The notes: a model not told the origin generated them from the sequence alone. A stretch of DNA of 33,327 nt from an uncultured Brevundimonas sp. (GCA_964542145.1 CAZITK010000002.1:1-33327); one strand, 5' to 3'; counted from the first letter of the stretch, positions 1 to 9,674 are shown. Program-made: numbers and translations.

Positions 1-2926
1 CGCGCGCGGTAATTCCCATCTCTTTGTGATCATAGCCGGCCGACCCGCCACTGGCGAAGGCGTCGTCCAGCCAGAAGCCGTAATCGGCCGAGACCCTATT
101 GGCGATGTCAGAGAAGCTTGCTGTGCCCTTGTCGGCGGCCACGACCAGATAGGGATCGTCACCTTCCCAAGGGACGACCTGCGGCGGACGCGCCACCTTG
201 TCCTTCACAAGATTGTCCGTGACATCGAGCAGGCCGGACAGGAAGGTCTTGTAGGCGCGTATCGCCTCGGCCTGCATCGCCTCGCGATCGCCGCCGTCAC
301 GCACGATCTGATGAAGACACTTGGGATAGAAGGCGCCCTTGGAGCCGACGGGCACAATCACCGCGTTCTTGACCTGTTGCGCCTTGACCAAGCCCAGAAC
401 TTCGGTGCGGAAGTCGTCCCGCCGGTCCGACCAGCGCAAGCCGCCGCGCGCCACGGGGCCGAAGCGCAGATGCGACCCCTCGATATGGGGCGCCCATACG
501 AAGATCTCACGATAGGGCTTGGGCGCCGGCAGATCTTCCAGTTCGCGGCAGGCGATCTTGATAGCGATATGGGCCTTTGGCTCTTCGTTCTCGCCCGTCT
601 GGAAGAAATTGGTGCGCTTGATGGCCTGAACCAGCCGGCCTAGACGCCGCAACGCACGGTCGTGGTCGATGCTGGCCACCTCACGCAAACTCGCTTCGAT
701 CTTGTCGACCAGCTCCTGTGCCTCGGCCTCGCGGCGGTCGACCTTGGGGCCCTCGGGATCGAACTTGCAGCGGAACAGGCTGAGGATGGCTCGGCTGACC
801 ACCGGGTGGTCCCGTAAGGCCTCCTCCTGCACTGCCTGGGACGGATCCATGCCGGTCTGCTGGCGATAGCGGCACAGGGTGCGGAAAAGTGCCGCTTCGC
901 GCCAGCCCACGCCCAGCTCCATCACCAGACGATTGAAGCCGTCGCTTTCCGTGCGGCCGGTCCAGACTGCGGCGAACGTTTGCTCAAACGGCCCTTTGAT
1001 GTCCCCAAACACCAGGCGTTCGCCGCGCGGGTCCTCCATGAGGAACTCATGGATGTGGACCGGGTCGCCGCCTTGGGGCCGCACCAGATGGCCGTATTCC
1101 TCCAGCGTCTTGAGGCCCATGTCGGTGAGTATGGGCAGGACGTCCGACAGGGGCGCGGCTTCGCCGCGACGATAGAGTTTGAATCGAAACTGGAGCGCCG
1201 TGTCGCCTGTTCGACGGAAGGCGCGCACGGCCACGGCGCGCTCGGCGTCCGCCTCGCCCAAATGGTCCAACTGCTGATAATCGACGATGGCCTCGGCCGC
1301 ATCGTAGCGGTCACGGTAGCCCACCGAGAATGCGTCGCCCCAGCGATGGCTGATGGCGCCGATCTGGCTCTCGTCAATCCCGGCGGCCCGCGCGGCCGTT
1401 TCGAACCGTTCGTTCCAGCCTCGAGCGGTCTCCACAATCCTGGCCTCGACCTCGGCCGGGTCGGGGTCGAGGTGCTCGCCGGGCTGGACGCCGATGATGT
1501 AGTGGATGCGCACCAACGGCGCGTCGCTCAACTGGGGATACCAGGCCGACAATCGCCCGCCATAGCTCTCGGCCAGGATGCGGCCGATACGCTCGCGCAC
1601 CGCGGCCTCGAACCGCTCGCGGGGGACGAAGACGAGCACAGAAACGAAGCGGTCGTAGGGGTCCTTCCGGGCGAACATCTTGACGCGCGGTCGGTCGAGT
1701 AGATGAAGAATGCCGAGTGAGGTTCCGAGCAACTCGTCCTCGGTGATCTGGAACAGCTCGTCGCGAGGGTAATTTTCCAGGATGTTCTTCAGCCGCTTGG
1801 CGTTGTGGCTGCCCGGCGACTTGCCAGCGCGGGTCAGAGCGTTCCCGACCTTGCGACGGATCAGCGGCACCTCGGTCGCCGCGCGGTCGTAGGCCTCGGC
1901 GGTGAACAGGCCGACGAAGCGCACTTCACCCGAGGGCTTGCCGTCCGGCCCATACTGGCGAACCCCGACGTAATCCATATAGGCGCGGCGGTGGACCCTG
2001 GACCTGGCGTTCGCCTTGGCCACCGTGACCGGATCTGAGGATTCCAGCTGGCGTTTCATTTGGCGTGTCAGCACGGCCGGCTCGGAGGCGCGGCGCAGCA
2101 CGGTCCGTTCAGGGTCGCGCAGAATGCCCAATCCATCTTTGGTCTCGACCAGGGCCGCCTCGGTCTCGTAGCCGCCATCGTCGGTGCGCGGGAACTGATA
2201 GGTGCGGGCGCCCAAGAAGACGAACTTGTCGGCGTTCAACCAGCCGAGGAAGGCCAGGCTTTCCTCCAGCACCTCGGAATCGACGCCCTCGGGGACGCAG
2301 GCTGTCAACGCCTCCATGGCCTCGGCCATGCGAGACTGCATCCCGCCGTGGTCGGCGACAGCCGCAGCCACGTCGCTGAGCGTGTCCTTGAGCGCCTGGA
2401 TCACCGCCTCGCGGCGCTGGGGCGATAGAGGATCGACTATGACAAAGATCATCGACTCGCGATGGTCGCCGCCGACCGTGCGGCCACCCTGTGCGTCTCG
2501 ACCGATCTCGACCAGGGGGTGGAACATGGCGCGAACGGCCACGCCCGAGGCGGCAAGTTCGCCCATGATGCTGTCGACCAGGAAAGGCGCGTCGGACTGC
2601 AGGGCGGTGATGACGTCGTAACCGAGCGGCTCGTCCGTGCCGTCGGTCAGCGGGAGGACCTCCACGCGCGCTGATTCGTCCGCCTTGCGGATGTCGGATC
2701 TCGTCCAGAAACGGCCCAAGGCGCGGGCCAAGTCCTCAAGACTCAGCTCCGGCGCTTCTTCGGCGGCATAGTCTTCCAGCGACTGTATCAGGAAGTCGCG
2801 CGCCGCCGGCGGCGCCGCGGCCCAGCTCCTGAAATCCGCCGCCTTGGCGAAGACGTCGCCGGCCTGTTGCAGGTCTGCGGAAAACTCGAATTCCGCGGCG
2901 GAGCGGGCGGGAGCGTCGGCAGCCAT
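1..2926 (-). CDS. gdhB: Large NAD-specific glutamate dehydrogenase (GdhB/GdhZ type), 5' part; continues beyond the left edge
   Basis: Manual minus-strand translation from ATG at 2926 (MAADAPARS...) gives DAPFLVDSIMGEL, HLRFGPVARGGLRWSDRRDDFRTEVLGLVKAQQVKNAVIVPVGSKG and, at the left edge, FASGGSAGYDHKEMGITAR, all hallmark motifs of large NAD-GDHs. The start and the left-edge motif share one frame. Absent from the ORF track because there is no stop in the window. Confidence 0.95.
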   Translation of the reverse strand, partial: MAADAPARSAAEFEFSADLQQAGDVFAKAADFRSWAAAPPAARDFLIQSLEDYAAEEAPELSLEDLARALGRFWTRSDIRKADESARVEVLPLTDGTDEPLGYDVITALQSDAPFLVDSIMGELAASGVAVRAMFHPLVEIGRDAQGGRTVGGDHRESMIFVIVDPLSPQRREAVIQALKDTLSDVAAAVADHGGMQSRMAEAMEALTACVPEGVDSEVLEESLAFLGWLNADKFVFLGARTYQFPRTDDGGYETEAALVETKDGLGILRDPERTVLRRASEPAVLTRQMKRQLESSDPVTVAKANARSRVHRRAYMDYVGVRQYGPDGKPSGEVRFVGLFTAEAYDRAATEVPLIRRKVGNALTRAGKSPGSHNAKRLKNILENYPRDELFQITEDELLGTSLGILHLLDRPRVKMFARKDPYDRFVSVLVFVPRERFEAAVRERIGRILAESYGGRLSAWYPQLSDAPLVRIHYIIGVQPGEHLDPDPAEVEARIVETARGWNERFETAARAAGIDESQIGAISHRWGDAFSVGYRDRYDAAEAIVDYQQLDHLGEADAERAVAVRAFRRTGDTALQFRFKLYRRGEAAPLSDVLPILTDMGLKTLEEYGHLVRPQGGDPVHIHEFLMEDPRGERLVFGDIKGPFEQTFAAVWTGRTESDGFNRLVMELGVGWREAALFRTLCRYRQQTGMDPSQAVQEEALRDHPVVSRAILSLFRCKFDPEGPKVDRREAEAQELVDKIEASLREVASIDHDRALRRLGRLVQAIKRTNFFQTGENEEPKAHIAIKIACRELEDLPAPKPYREIFVWAPHIEGSHLRFGPVARGGLRWSDRRDDFRTEVLGLVKAQQVKNAVIVPVGSKGAFYPKCLHQIVRDGGDREAMQAEAIRAYKTFLSGLLDVTDNLVKDKVARPPQVVPWEGDDPYLVVAADKGTASFSDIANRVSADYGFWLDDAFASGGSAGYDHKEMGITAR

Positions 2927-3088
2927 GATCTTCCCAGAAGTCGCGGCTCTCGGCGGCCGCTGGCGTCCTCTGGATTAGGCGGGTCCCGCAGGGAAAGCGA
3001 GCCTCTAGCGAGAAAATGGGCGCTCAGGCGCCGGGGTGATCCGCCTTGAGATGGGCGTCGTCGTGTGTCCCCGCCAAAAGCCGCTCCC

Positions 3089-3206
3089 AAAACACGATCG
3101 CCGGACGGCGAACCGTCCGGCGATCACTTTAGGGCCGACTGTGGGGAGGGATCGGGCCGGCCCTCTGACGACGGTTCTAGGAGGGGGAGGGACGAACCGC
3201 CGTCTT
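3089..3206 (-). ncRNA. Candidate trans-acting sRNA with two C-rich-loop hairpins plus terminator (cuckoo-like architecture)
   Basis: Hairpin 1: 11-bp stem 3167-3177/3194-3204, loop GUCCCUCCCCCUCCUA. Hairpin 2: 9-bp stem 3131-3139/3156-3164, loop CCGAUCCCUCCCCACA. Hairpin 3 is the terminator. A sigma32-like promoter lies immediately upstream. The 5' end is estimated. Confidence 0.7.
3096..3125 (-). terminator. Rho-independent terminator hairpin
   Basis: Perfect 13-bp stem GATCGCCGGACGG/CCGTCCGGCGATC with a UUCG loop on the minus strand, followed by GUGUUUU (3095-3089). Confidence 0.8.
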
Positions 3207-3212
3207 GGAAGC

Positions 3213-3241
3213 TAGATGGGTCTTCAGTCGCCGGGTTCAAG
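3213..3241 (-). promoter_or_regulatory. RpoH (sigma32)-type promoter
   Basis: Minus strand reads CTTGAA-N15-CCCATCTA, matching the heat-shock consensus CTTGAA-N13-15-CCCATNTA. The -35 element overlaps the TGA stop of the AI-2E gene. Confidence 0.65.
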
Positions 3242-4376
3242 AGAGGTCCGGGCTCTGCGGCGCCTTGCCGCGCAACCGATCCCACAGGCTGGGACGGGGC
3301 AGGTCCGCCTTGTTGTCGGCATAGGGTTGACCATCGCCTGACAGGAGGACGGCCATCCAGCGCGAGCCCTTGAACTCGGCGAGCACCGCCATGGCCATGA
3401 CCGCCAGTGGGGTCGACAGGAACATGCCGACCACGCCCCACAACTGTCCCCACAAGGCGAGCGACAACAGCACCACCACGGGGTCGATGTTCTGGTTCTG
3501 GCCCTGCATCCGCGGTTGGATGAAGTTGCCGGTGATGAACAGAATGGTCTGCAGCCCACCCAACAAGATCAGCGCCGGCCAGTAGCTGTCGAACTGAACC
3601 AGGGCGAACACCGGCGGAGCCAGCCCCGCGATCGCTCCGCCCAGGATGGGGATGTAGCCCACCACGAAGATGACGAAAGTCCAGAACAGGGCATTGTCCA
3701 ACCCCACCGACACCATCAGCAGGTAGGCGGCGGCGCAGATCATCACCCCGGTGACGGTCTGAACCCAGAGATAGCCCTCCACGCCCGAGCGGATGCGCTC
3801 CATGACCGTGACCGCCTCAGCGCGACTGTTCCGCTCCGGAAACATGCCGATCATCTTTTTTCGGAACGCTGACTGTGATGCGATCAGGAAGGCCAGATAG
3901 ATCAGTACGAAGAAGGCGCCGGTGGCCGCTCCCTGGGCCTGGAAGGCGACCTGGGTCAGATAGCGTCTCAGATCGACTTGTTCGACCAACTCCCAGGCGG
4001 TCGGGGTGGTGGTGACGCCGGCCAGACCCGCGACATCGGCGATGATCTGGTCCAGGCGCGGCCCGATCCGCGTGGTCACGCCGCTGGCCTGGGAGAAGAA
4101 GCCCGCTGCACCGTCGATTATAATCCAGATCGACAGGGCGAAGCCCAGCACCACCAGCATCAAGGACGATATTCCTGCCGACCGGCTCGGTACGTTCCAG
4201 GCGCGTTCAAGATAACGCTTCAGCCCGTCAATCATGATCAGCAGGAAGATCGCCATGGCCAGGGGCGCCAGGATCTCACGGAGCCAGTAGAGGGCGGCCC
4301 CGCCCGCCACCACGGCGACCAGGACCACAGCGTTCCGGGTCACCGCGTCGGTAGGCAGGGCGAGGGGATTTTTCAT
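3237..4376 (-). CDS. AI-2E family (PerM/TqsA-like) transporter
   Basis: Multiple hydrophobic helices and the family motifs [37 protein letters not shown]. Start moved to MKNPLALP (4376) to avoid overlap with the divergent gene. Confidence 0.9.
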   Translation of the reverse strand: MKNPLALPTDAVTRNAVVLVAVVAGGAALYWLREILAPLAMAIFLLIMIDGLKRYLERAWNVPSRSAGISSLMLVVLGFALSIWIIIDGAAGFFSQASGVTTRIGPRLDQIIADVAGLAGVTTTPTAWELVEQVDLRRYLTQVAFQAQGAATGAFFVLIYLAFLIASQSAFRKKMIGMFPERNSRAEAVTVMERIRSGVEGYLWVQTVTGVMICAAAYLLMVSVGLDNALFWTFVIFVVGYIPILGGAIAGLAPPVFALVQFDSYWPALILLGGLQTILFITGNFIQPRMQGQNQNIDPVVVLLSLALWGQLWGVVGMFLSTPLAVMAMAVLAEFKGSRWMAVLLSGDGQPYADNKADLPRPSLWDRLRGKAPQSPDLS

Positions 4377-4478
4377 GGCCAGTCCCGAACAGGTGGCGGC
4401 GCGGATGGTGCGTGGCCGAGGCGACGCTATAGTCGTCCATGCGCGAGATCGCGCTGTCTGGAAAGAGAAAGCCTGCCC

Positions 4479-6053
4479 ATGGCCGGAACGGACGCCGCCG
4501 CCTCGCTGTTCCTTGGGTCCGCGGACGACAAGGACGTCATTCTGCTTCTCGACCGGGCCAACCGCCACGGCGTGGTGGCCGGGGCGACCGGAACCGGCAA
4601 GACCGTCACGCTCCAGATCATGGCTCAAGGTTTCGCTGACGCGGGCGTTCCGGTCTTCTGCGCCGATGTGAAGGGCGACCTGTCGGGGATCAGCCAGCCG
4701 GGCTCACCGTCCGAGAAGATTCTCGCGCGCGGAGAGAAGATGGGTTTGGACATGACCCCGTCGGCGCCACCCGTCGTGTTCTGGGACCTCTATGGTGAAA
4801 AGGGGCATCCCGTGCGCGCTACTGTTTCGGACGTGGGGCCTCTGTTGCTCGCCCGAATGCTCGAACTGAACGACGTCCAGGAAGGTGTGCTGACCGTGGC
4901 CTTCCACGTCGCCGACAAGGAGGGCCTGCTGCTCCTGGATCTGGACGACCTGCGCAGTCTCCTGACCTATGTGTCCGAAAACGCGGAGCGGATCGGGCGG
5001 GCGTATGGCCATGTGGCGCCCGCTTCGGTCGCCGCCATCCAACGCTCCTTGCTTTCTTTGGAACAGCAGGGCGCCAAGCTGTTCTTCGGCGAACCGGCGC
5101 TGAGGCTGGACGACATGATGCGCACTGATCTGGCCGGTAAAGGTCAGGTCAACGTGTTAGCCGCCGACAGGTTGATGAACAGCCCCAGGCTCTACGCAGC
5201 CTTCCTGCTCTGGCTGATGTCGGAGCTGTTCGAGCAGCTGCCCGAGATTGGCGACCCGGAAAAGCCGCGTCTGGTGTTTTTCTTCGACGAAGCCCACCTG
5301 CTTTTCCGCGATACGCCCCGGCCGCTCTTGGAGAAGGTCGAACAGGTGGTGCGGCTGATCCGGTCCAAGGGCGTCGGCGTCTATTTCGTCACCCAGAACC
5401 CGGCCGATATCCCCGACAGCGTCCTGGCCCAGTTGGGCAACCGTATCCAGCATGCCCTGCGCGCCTACACTCCGGCCGAGCAGAAGGGTCTGCGCGCCGC
5501 CAGCGCCAGCTTCCGGGCCAATCCCCATTTTGACACCGCCACGGCCATCCAAGCCCTCGGAGTAGGCGAGGCCCTCGTCTCGACCCTCGACCCCAAGGGC
5601 GTGCCGACCGTCGTGGCCAGGACCACCATTCGCCCGCCCACCAGCCGCATGGGACCCGCCAGCGACGCTGAACGAATGGCCATGATGAGCGACAGCCCTC
5701 TGCGCGGGGTCTATGACGAGACGATCAACCGCGAGTCTGCCCACGAACTGCTGACGGCCCGGACCCTCGCATCTCAGGAGGCGATGGATCGCGTGGCCGA
5801 AGCCAAGGCTCAGGCCAAACAGGACGCGGCTCAAGCCAAGGAACGCGAGCATCGGGCTCGCGAAGCCGCCCGCCAGGAGAGAGACGCAGCGCGAGCGCCG
5901 AGCCGAACCCCGCGCGCGTCGGGCCCGAAACGCCGGGCCTCGAACCGCCAGACGGCGGGAGAAGCCTTTACAAAATCGATGCTCCGCAGTGTCGGATCCA
6001 CCCTGGGGCGCGAATTGCTTCGCGGCGTGCTGGGATCAATCAAGAAACGCTGA
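4479..6053 (+). CDS. DUF853 / HerA-like P-loop ATPase (YjgR family)
   Basis: [16 protein letters not shown] (Walker A), [18 protein letters not shown] (Walker B), [29 protein letters not shown]-terminal [10 protein letters not shown]. Start taken at ATG 4479. Confidence 0.9.
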   Translation: MAGTDAAASLFLGSADDKDVILLLDRANRHGVVAGATGTGKTVTLQIMAQGFADAGVPVFCADVKGDLSGISQPGSPSEKILARGEKMGLDMTPSAPPVVFWDLYGEKGHPVRATVSDVGPLLLARMLELNDVQEGVLTVAFHVADKEGLLLLDLDDLRSLLTYVSENAERIGRAYGHVAPASVAAIQRSLLSLEQQGAKLFFGEPALRLDDMMRTDLAGKGQVNVLAADRLMNSPRLYAAFLLWLMSELFEQLPEIGDPEKPRLVFFFDEAHLLFRDTPRPLLEKVEQVVRLIRSKGVGVYFVTQNPADIPDSVLAQLGNRIQHALRAYTPAEQKGLRAASASFRANPHFDTATAIQALGVGEALVSTLDPKGVPTVVARTTIRPPTSRMGPASDAERMAMMSDSPLRGVYDETINRESAHELLTARTLASQEAMDRVAEAKAQAKQDAAQAKEREHRAREAARQERDAARAPSRTPRASGPKRRASNRQTAGEAFTKSMLRSVGSTLGRELLRGVLGSIKKR

Positions 6054-6058
6054 CGCGC

Positions 6059-6787
6059 TCACAGCACGGCGCTCCAGACCAGGGCATGAACCCGATCGCG
6101 CCCCAAGGCGGCGGCCAGAGGCGGATGCTCGAACATCGCGTCGAAGGCCGGATCACGCACGCTGAGGCCGCCGGTGAAGGCGCCAAAGGCCGGCAGGATG
6201 ACGCGCCGTCCGTCCGTCAGGAAACAGGCTCGCCTTACCCCCCTGCCGTGCCGCGTTACCTTGGCGCAGGGGTGCAGATGCCCGGCAACCTCACCCGGTC
6301 TCGGTCCCGGCTGCGGCTCGTGCGTCAAGGTAAGGGCGCCGATGTTGAGCGTCTCGGCCACCACGCCCGGCAGCGGCGTAGGCGACAACAACGCCGCGCG
6401 ATCGTGATTGCCCTCGACCCAGGTCCAATCACGCCCGGCGGCCAGGCCATCCAGCCGAGTGCGATCCTCGGGCGCCATCCGGGCGATCGAGCGGTTGTCA
6501 TGAAAGCTGTCGCCCAAAAGCACGACGGCGCGCGGATCGAGCAGCGCGATCTCCGCTTCCAGCCGGTCCAGCGTCGCGCGGCTGTCATAGGGCGGCAACA
6601 TCTGGCCGCGCGCGGCGAAGGCCGAGCCCTTCTCCAGGTGCAGGTCGGCGGCGATCAGCACACCATGCTCCGGCAGCCACAGGGCACCTGAACAGCGCAG
6701 CCGCGCCGTCTCGCCCTCAATCCGCACGGTCAAGGAGCCGCAGGCGGCCATGCGGGGGATCAAGCGCTCCTTGAGAGCGGCATTCAC
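6059..6787 (-). CDS. pdeM: Ligase-associated DNA damage response endonuclease (metallophosphoesterase)
   Basis: Metallophosphoesterase motifs ADLHLEKG, LGDSFHD, EGNHD, THEP, GHLHP, LPAFGAFTGG; 4-bp overlap with the upstream Lhr-core helicase. Confidence 0.9.
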   Translation of the reverse strand: MNAALKERLIPRMAACGSLTVRIEGETARLRCSGALWLPEHGVLIAADLHLEKGSAFAARGQMLPPYDSRATLDRLEAEIALLDPRAVVLLGDSFHDNRSIARMAPEDRTRLDGLAAGRDWTWVEGNHDRAALLSPTPLPGVVAETLNIGALTLTHEPQPGPRPGEVAGHLHPCAKVTRHGRGVRRACFLTDGRRVILPAFGAFTGGLSVRDPAFDAMFEHPPLAAALGRDRVHALVWSAVL

Positions 6788-9399
6788 GCCATCGCCTCCC
6801 CGCCCATGACCTCGGCGATCAGGGCCTCGGCGGAATCCTCCAGGATCATCTCGGCGGCGTCTCCGCCGACTCGCTCGCGCCCGATCTGGACCAGCGCGGG
6901 CACTGAGAAGGGCGAGGGCCTGTCCAGTGGCGCATGGCGGATGCGCCCCCGGATGCGGCCGAGCAACTGGCCAAGGCGCTGTACGTCCAGCAGCCCAGAG
7001 GCGGCGTCGGCCCGGGCGGCGCGCAGCAGAAGGTGATCAGGCTGGTGGCGGCGGAGCACGTCGTAGATCAGGTCGGTTGAAAAGGTCACCTGTCGACCGG
7101 TCTTCTCCTGGCCGGGGATGCGCCGCTCGATCAAGCCGGAAATCAGGGCGCAATTGCGGAAGGTGCGCTTCATCATGAAGCTCTCCTCCAGCCAGGCTTC
7201 CAGGTCGTCGCCCAGCATGTCTTCCTGGAACAGCTCGTCCCAATCCAGCCCCGCCATGTCGCGGATCGACCAGATCACCAGCGCGTAGTCGGTGACCACA
7301 AAGCCCAGCGGCCCGACGCCCAACCGGTCCAGCCGCCGGGTTAGCAGCATGCACAGGGTGGTGTGGGCCAGCCGCCCCTCAAAGGGATAGGCGACGAGGA
7401 AGCACCGCGTCCCGCGTGGAAAGGTCTCGATCAGTAGCGTGTCGCGCCCGGGAATCAACGACCGGCTTTCCTGGAGCTCAAGCCATTCCTGTACATCGGG
7501 CGGCAGCACCCGCCAGTGATCGCGGTCCTCGACCATGGCCCGCACCCGATCCGCCAGCGAGGTTGACAGCGGGAATTTCGACCCGCCCCAGGACGGGATC
7601 TTGGGCTCCGTCGCCTTGGACGGGACCACCAGCGCGTCCATGCCGGCGATGCCCATGAAGGCCCAGATCTGGCCGGCGAAGATGAACGTGTCGCCCGGCG
7701 TCAGCTGCTCGAAATACCACTCCTCGGCCTCGCCCACCTTGCGGCCGCCGATCAGATGTTTTCCCCCCGCGCGGCGCGAAGCCATCCGCACGTTCAGCGT
7801 CCCCGCCGTGACGATGGCGCCGACATTCATGCGGTGGCGCTGGGCTACGATCTGGTTCCTGACCTTCCAGCGGCCGTCGCGGCCCTTCACAATGCGGGCG
7901 AAGCGGTCGTACGTCCGAAGTGCATACCCGCCGGTGGCGACCAGATCGACCACTTCCTCGAACCGCTCCCAGCTGAGGTCGCGATAGGGGCCGCAGCCGG
8001 TGATCTCCGTAAAGAGCGCGTCCAGAGTGAACGGCTCCCCGCAGGCCACGCCCATGACATGCTGGGCCAGGGTGTCCAGGGTTCCGGTGTGCAGCGGCTC
8101 CCAGTCGAAGGCGTTGGCGGCCACGGCTTCCCGCGCCGCCTGGCATTCCAGCATCTCGAATCGGCTGGCGGGGACTAGAAGCGCGCGGCTGGGTTCGTCC
8201 AGCCGGTGGTTCGCCCGGCCTATGCGCTGCACCAGACGGCTCGATCCCTTCGGCGCGGCCAGCTGGATGACCAAATCGACATCGCCCCAGTCGATGCCAA
8301 GATCCAGGGTCGAGGTGCAGACCACCGCGCGCAAATCGCCGCGCGCCATGGCCGCCTCGACCTTGCGCCGCTGCTCGGCCGCCAGCGAACCGTGGTGGAG
8401 CGCGATAGGCAGGCTGTCGTCGTTGATGGCCCACAGCTGCTGGAAAACGAACTCGGCCTGCCAGCGGGTGTTGACAAAGATCAACGTCAGTCCCGCCCGC
8501 TGGATGGCGTCGTAGACCTCGGGAATGGCATGCTGGCCGGTGTGGCCGGCCCAGGGCACCCGCCCCTCGGAGACCAGCACATCGATGACAGCGGGCGCGC
8601 CGGCATCGCCAAGGACCAGTTCAACGCCTTCCCCCCTCGCCGGACAAGCTAGGCCGCGCAGCGGCTCGGATGAGGGGATGTCCGCAGACTCGATGGCTGA
8701 ACTCGAGCTCGTCGTGGGCGTCCCCTTATCCGTCTCAGCTCTTGCTGAGCCACCTTCTCCCCCGAGAGGAGAAGGACTACGCGGACTGAGCCAGTCCCGG
8801 ATCAGGTCCGGGTCCTCGACCGTGGCCGACAGGGCCACCCGCCGCATGCCCGGCGAAAAACTCTGCAGCCGTCCAAGTCCCAGGCTCAGCAGATCCCCAC
8901 GCTTGCCGCTCCAGATGGCGTGGACCTCGTCCAGCACCACGCATTTCAGATCGGCGAAATAGGCCCGAGAGCCCTCCCAGGCGCAGAACAGGGCCAGCTG
9001 TTCGGGCGTCGTCAGCAGGATGTCGGGCGGGTTCTCGCGCTGGCGCTGCTTCTTGGACTGTTTGGTGTCGCCGGTGCGGCTCTCGACATGGATGTTCAGC
9101 CCGATCTCGCGGATCGGCGTCATCAGGTTCCGTTCGACGTCGGTGGTCAGGGCCTTGAGCGGCGAGAGGTAGAGGGTGTGAGCGCCCGACCCCGGCCCGC
9201 TTTCCGGCCTGGGCCCCCGTTCGGCCAGGTCGATCAGGCTGGGCAGGAAACCGGCCAGGGTCTTGCCGCCGCCGGTCGGCGCGACCAGCAGGGCGTGACG
9301 CCCCGCCTCCGCCGCCGCGACCATCTCCAGTTGATGCCGCCGGGGCGACCAACCACGCGCGGCGAACCAGTCGGCGAACAGGGGCGGCAGGGTCGTCAC
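6784..9399 (-). CDS. Ligase-associated DNA damage response DEXH-box helicase (Lhr-core)
   Basis: APTGGGKT, SPLKAL, TTPE, DEVH, SAT, HHGSL, TSTLDLGIDWG, QRIGRANH. Likely GTG start at 9399, overlapping the stop of the upstream small ORF (GTGA). Confidence 0.92.
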   Translation of the reverse strand: MTTLPPLFADWFAARGWSPRRHQLEMVAAAEAGRHALLVAPTGGGKTLAGFLPSLIDLAERGPRPESGPGSGAHTLYLSPLKALTTDVERNLMTPIREIGLNIHVESRTGDTKQSKKQRQRENPPDILLTTPEQLALFCAWEGSRAYFADLKCVVLDEVHAIWSGKRGDLLSLGLGRLQSFSPGMRRVALSATVEDPDLIRDWLSPRSPSPLGGEGGSARAETDKGTPTTSSSSAIESADIPSSEPLRGLACPARGEGVELVLGDAGAPAVIDVLVSEGRVPWAGHTGQHAIPEVYDAIQRAGLTLIFVNTRWQAEFVFQQLWAINDDSLPIALHHGSLAAEQRRKVEAAMARGDLRAVVCTSTLDLGIDWGDVDLVIQLAAPKGSSRLVQRIGRANHRLDEPSRALLVPASRFEMLECQAAREAVAANAFDWEPLHTGTLDTLAQHVMGVACGEPFTLDALFTEITGCGPYRDLSWERFEEVVDLVATGGYALRTYDRFARIVKGRDGRWKVRNQIVAQRHRMNVGAIVTAGTLNVRMASRRAGGKHLIGGRKVGEAEEWYFEQLTPGDTFIFAGQIWAFMGIAGMDALVVPSKATEPKIPSWGGSKFPLSTSLADRVRAMVEDRDHWRVLPPDVQEWLELQESRSLIPGRDTLLIETFPRGTRCFLVAYPFEGRLAHTTLCMLLTRRLDRLGVGPLGFVVTDYALVIWSIRDMAGLDWDELFQEDMLGDDLEAWLEESFMMKRTFRNCALISGLIERRIPGQEKTGRQVTFSTDLIYDVLRRHQPDHLLLRAARADAASGLLDVQRLGQLLGRIRGRIRHAPLDRPSPFSVPALVQIGRERVGGDAAEMILEDSAEALIAEVMGGEAMA
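8627..8775. repeat. Palindromic miniature repeat element (alphaproteobacterial RIME/CIR/RPE-like) lying in frame inside the helicase gene
   Basis: Terminal inverted ends CCTTCCCC...GGAGAAGG; internal inverted pair CGGATGAGGGGA (8667-8678)/TCCCCTTATCCG (8721-8732); hairpins GCCGC-GCA-GCGGC, CTCAGC-TCTT-GCTGAG and CCTTCTCC-N7-GGAGAAGG (8753-8775). Confidence 0.7.
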
Positions 9400-9620
9400 G
9401 CGGCTCCTGACGCCGGAGCCTGAGCCGCGCCCGTCTGGCATCCGCCGTCGATCCAGCGGCCGCCCGCCTCAAGACACTGCCCCTGCAGCGCCCATTCCGA
9501 CGCATTGGTCCACCACAGGATGCCCGCGATCAGCATCAGGATCAGCACGCCCGCCGCCAACAATCCGAGGGGCGGCTTCAGAGGCTGCGGCGCGATCGAC
9601 GGACGGGGAGCGATAGCCAT
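9396..9620 (-). CDS. Small (74 aa) single-pass membrane protein, hypothetical
   Basis: MAIAPRPS...LGLLAAGVLILMLIAGILWW transmembrane segment, then QCLEAGGRWIDGGC; stop overlaps the helicase start. Confidence 0.65.
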   Translation of the reverse strand: MAIAPRPSIAPQPLKPPLGLLAAGVLILMLIAGILWWTNASEWALQGQCLEAGGRWIDGGCQTGAAQAPASGAA

Positions 9621-9659
9621 GGCCGCAAGGATAGGCGGTCGTCCGGCGCCGCGCCAGAT

Positions 9660-9674
9660 GTTCTCGTTCCGTTT
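9660..9674. promoter_or_regulatory. Putative alphaproteobacterial LexA (SOS) box
   Basis: GTTC-TCGTTCC-GTTT, one mismatch from GTTC-N7-GTTC, in the 81-bp gap between divergent DNA-repair genes. Confidence 0.6.

Noticed and set aside
26-2674. Plus-strand ORFs such as 26..643, 980..1702 and 2060..2428
   Set aside because: Antisense shadows of the minus-strand NAD-GDH gene, which carries the conserved motifs; typical of high-GC codon bias.
2788-3559. Short ORFs across the GDH/AI-2E intergenic region
   Set aside because: Low-complexity Arg/Pro/Gly-rich translations without motifs; the region is better explained by RNA hairpins and a promoter.
3978-4628. Apparent long head-to-head overlap of the AI-2E (to 4628) and DUF853 (from 3978) ORFs
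   Set aside because: Artefact of longest-ORF calling; family-like sequence begins at 4376 (-) and 4479 (+).
4479-9399. HerA-like ATPase next to a nuclease and helicase as a possible anti-phage system
   Set aside because: The ATPase is of the widespread DUF853/YjgR type and is convergent with pdeM. No NurA or SIR2 partner or mobile context is visible.
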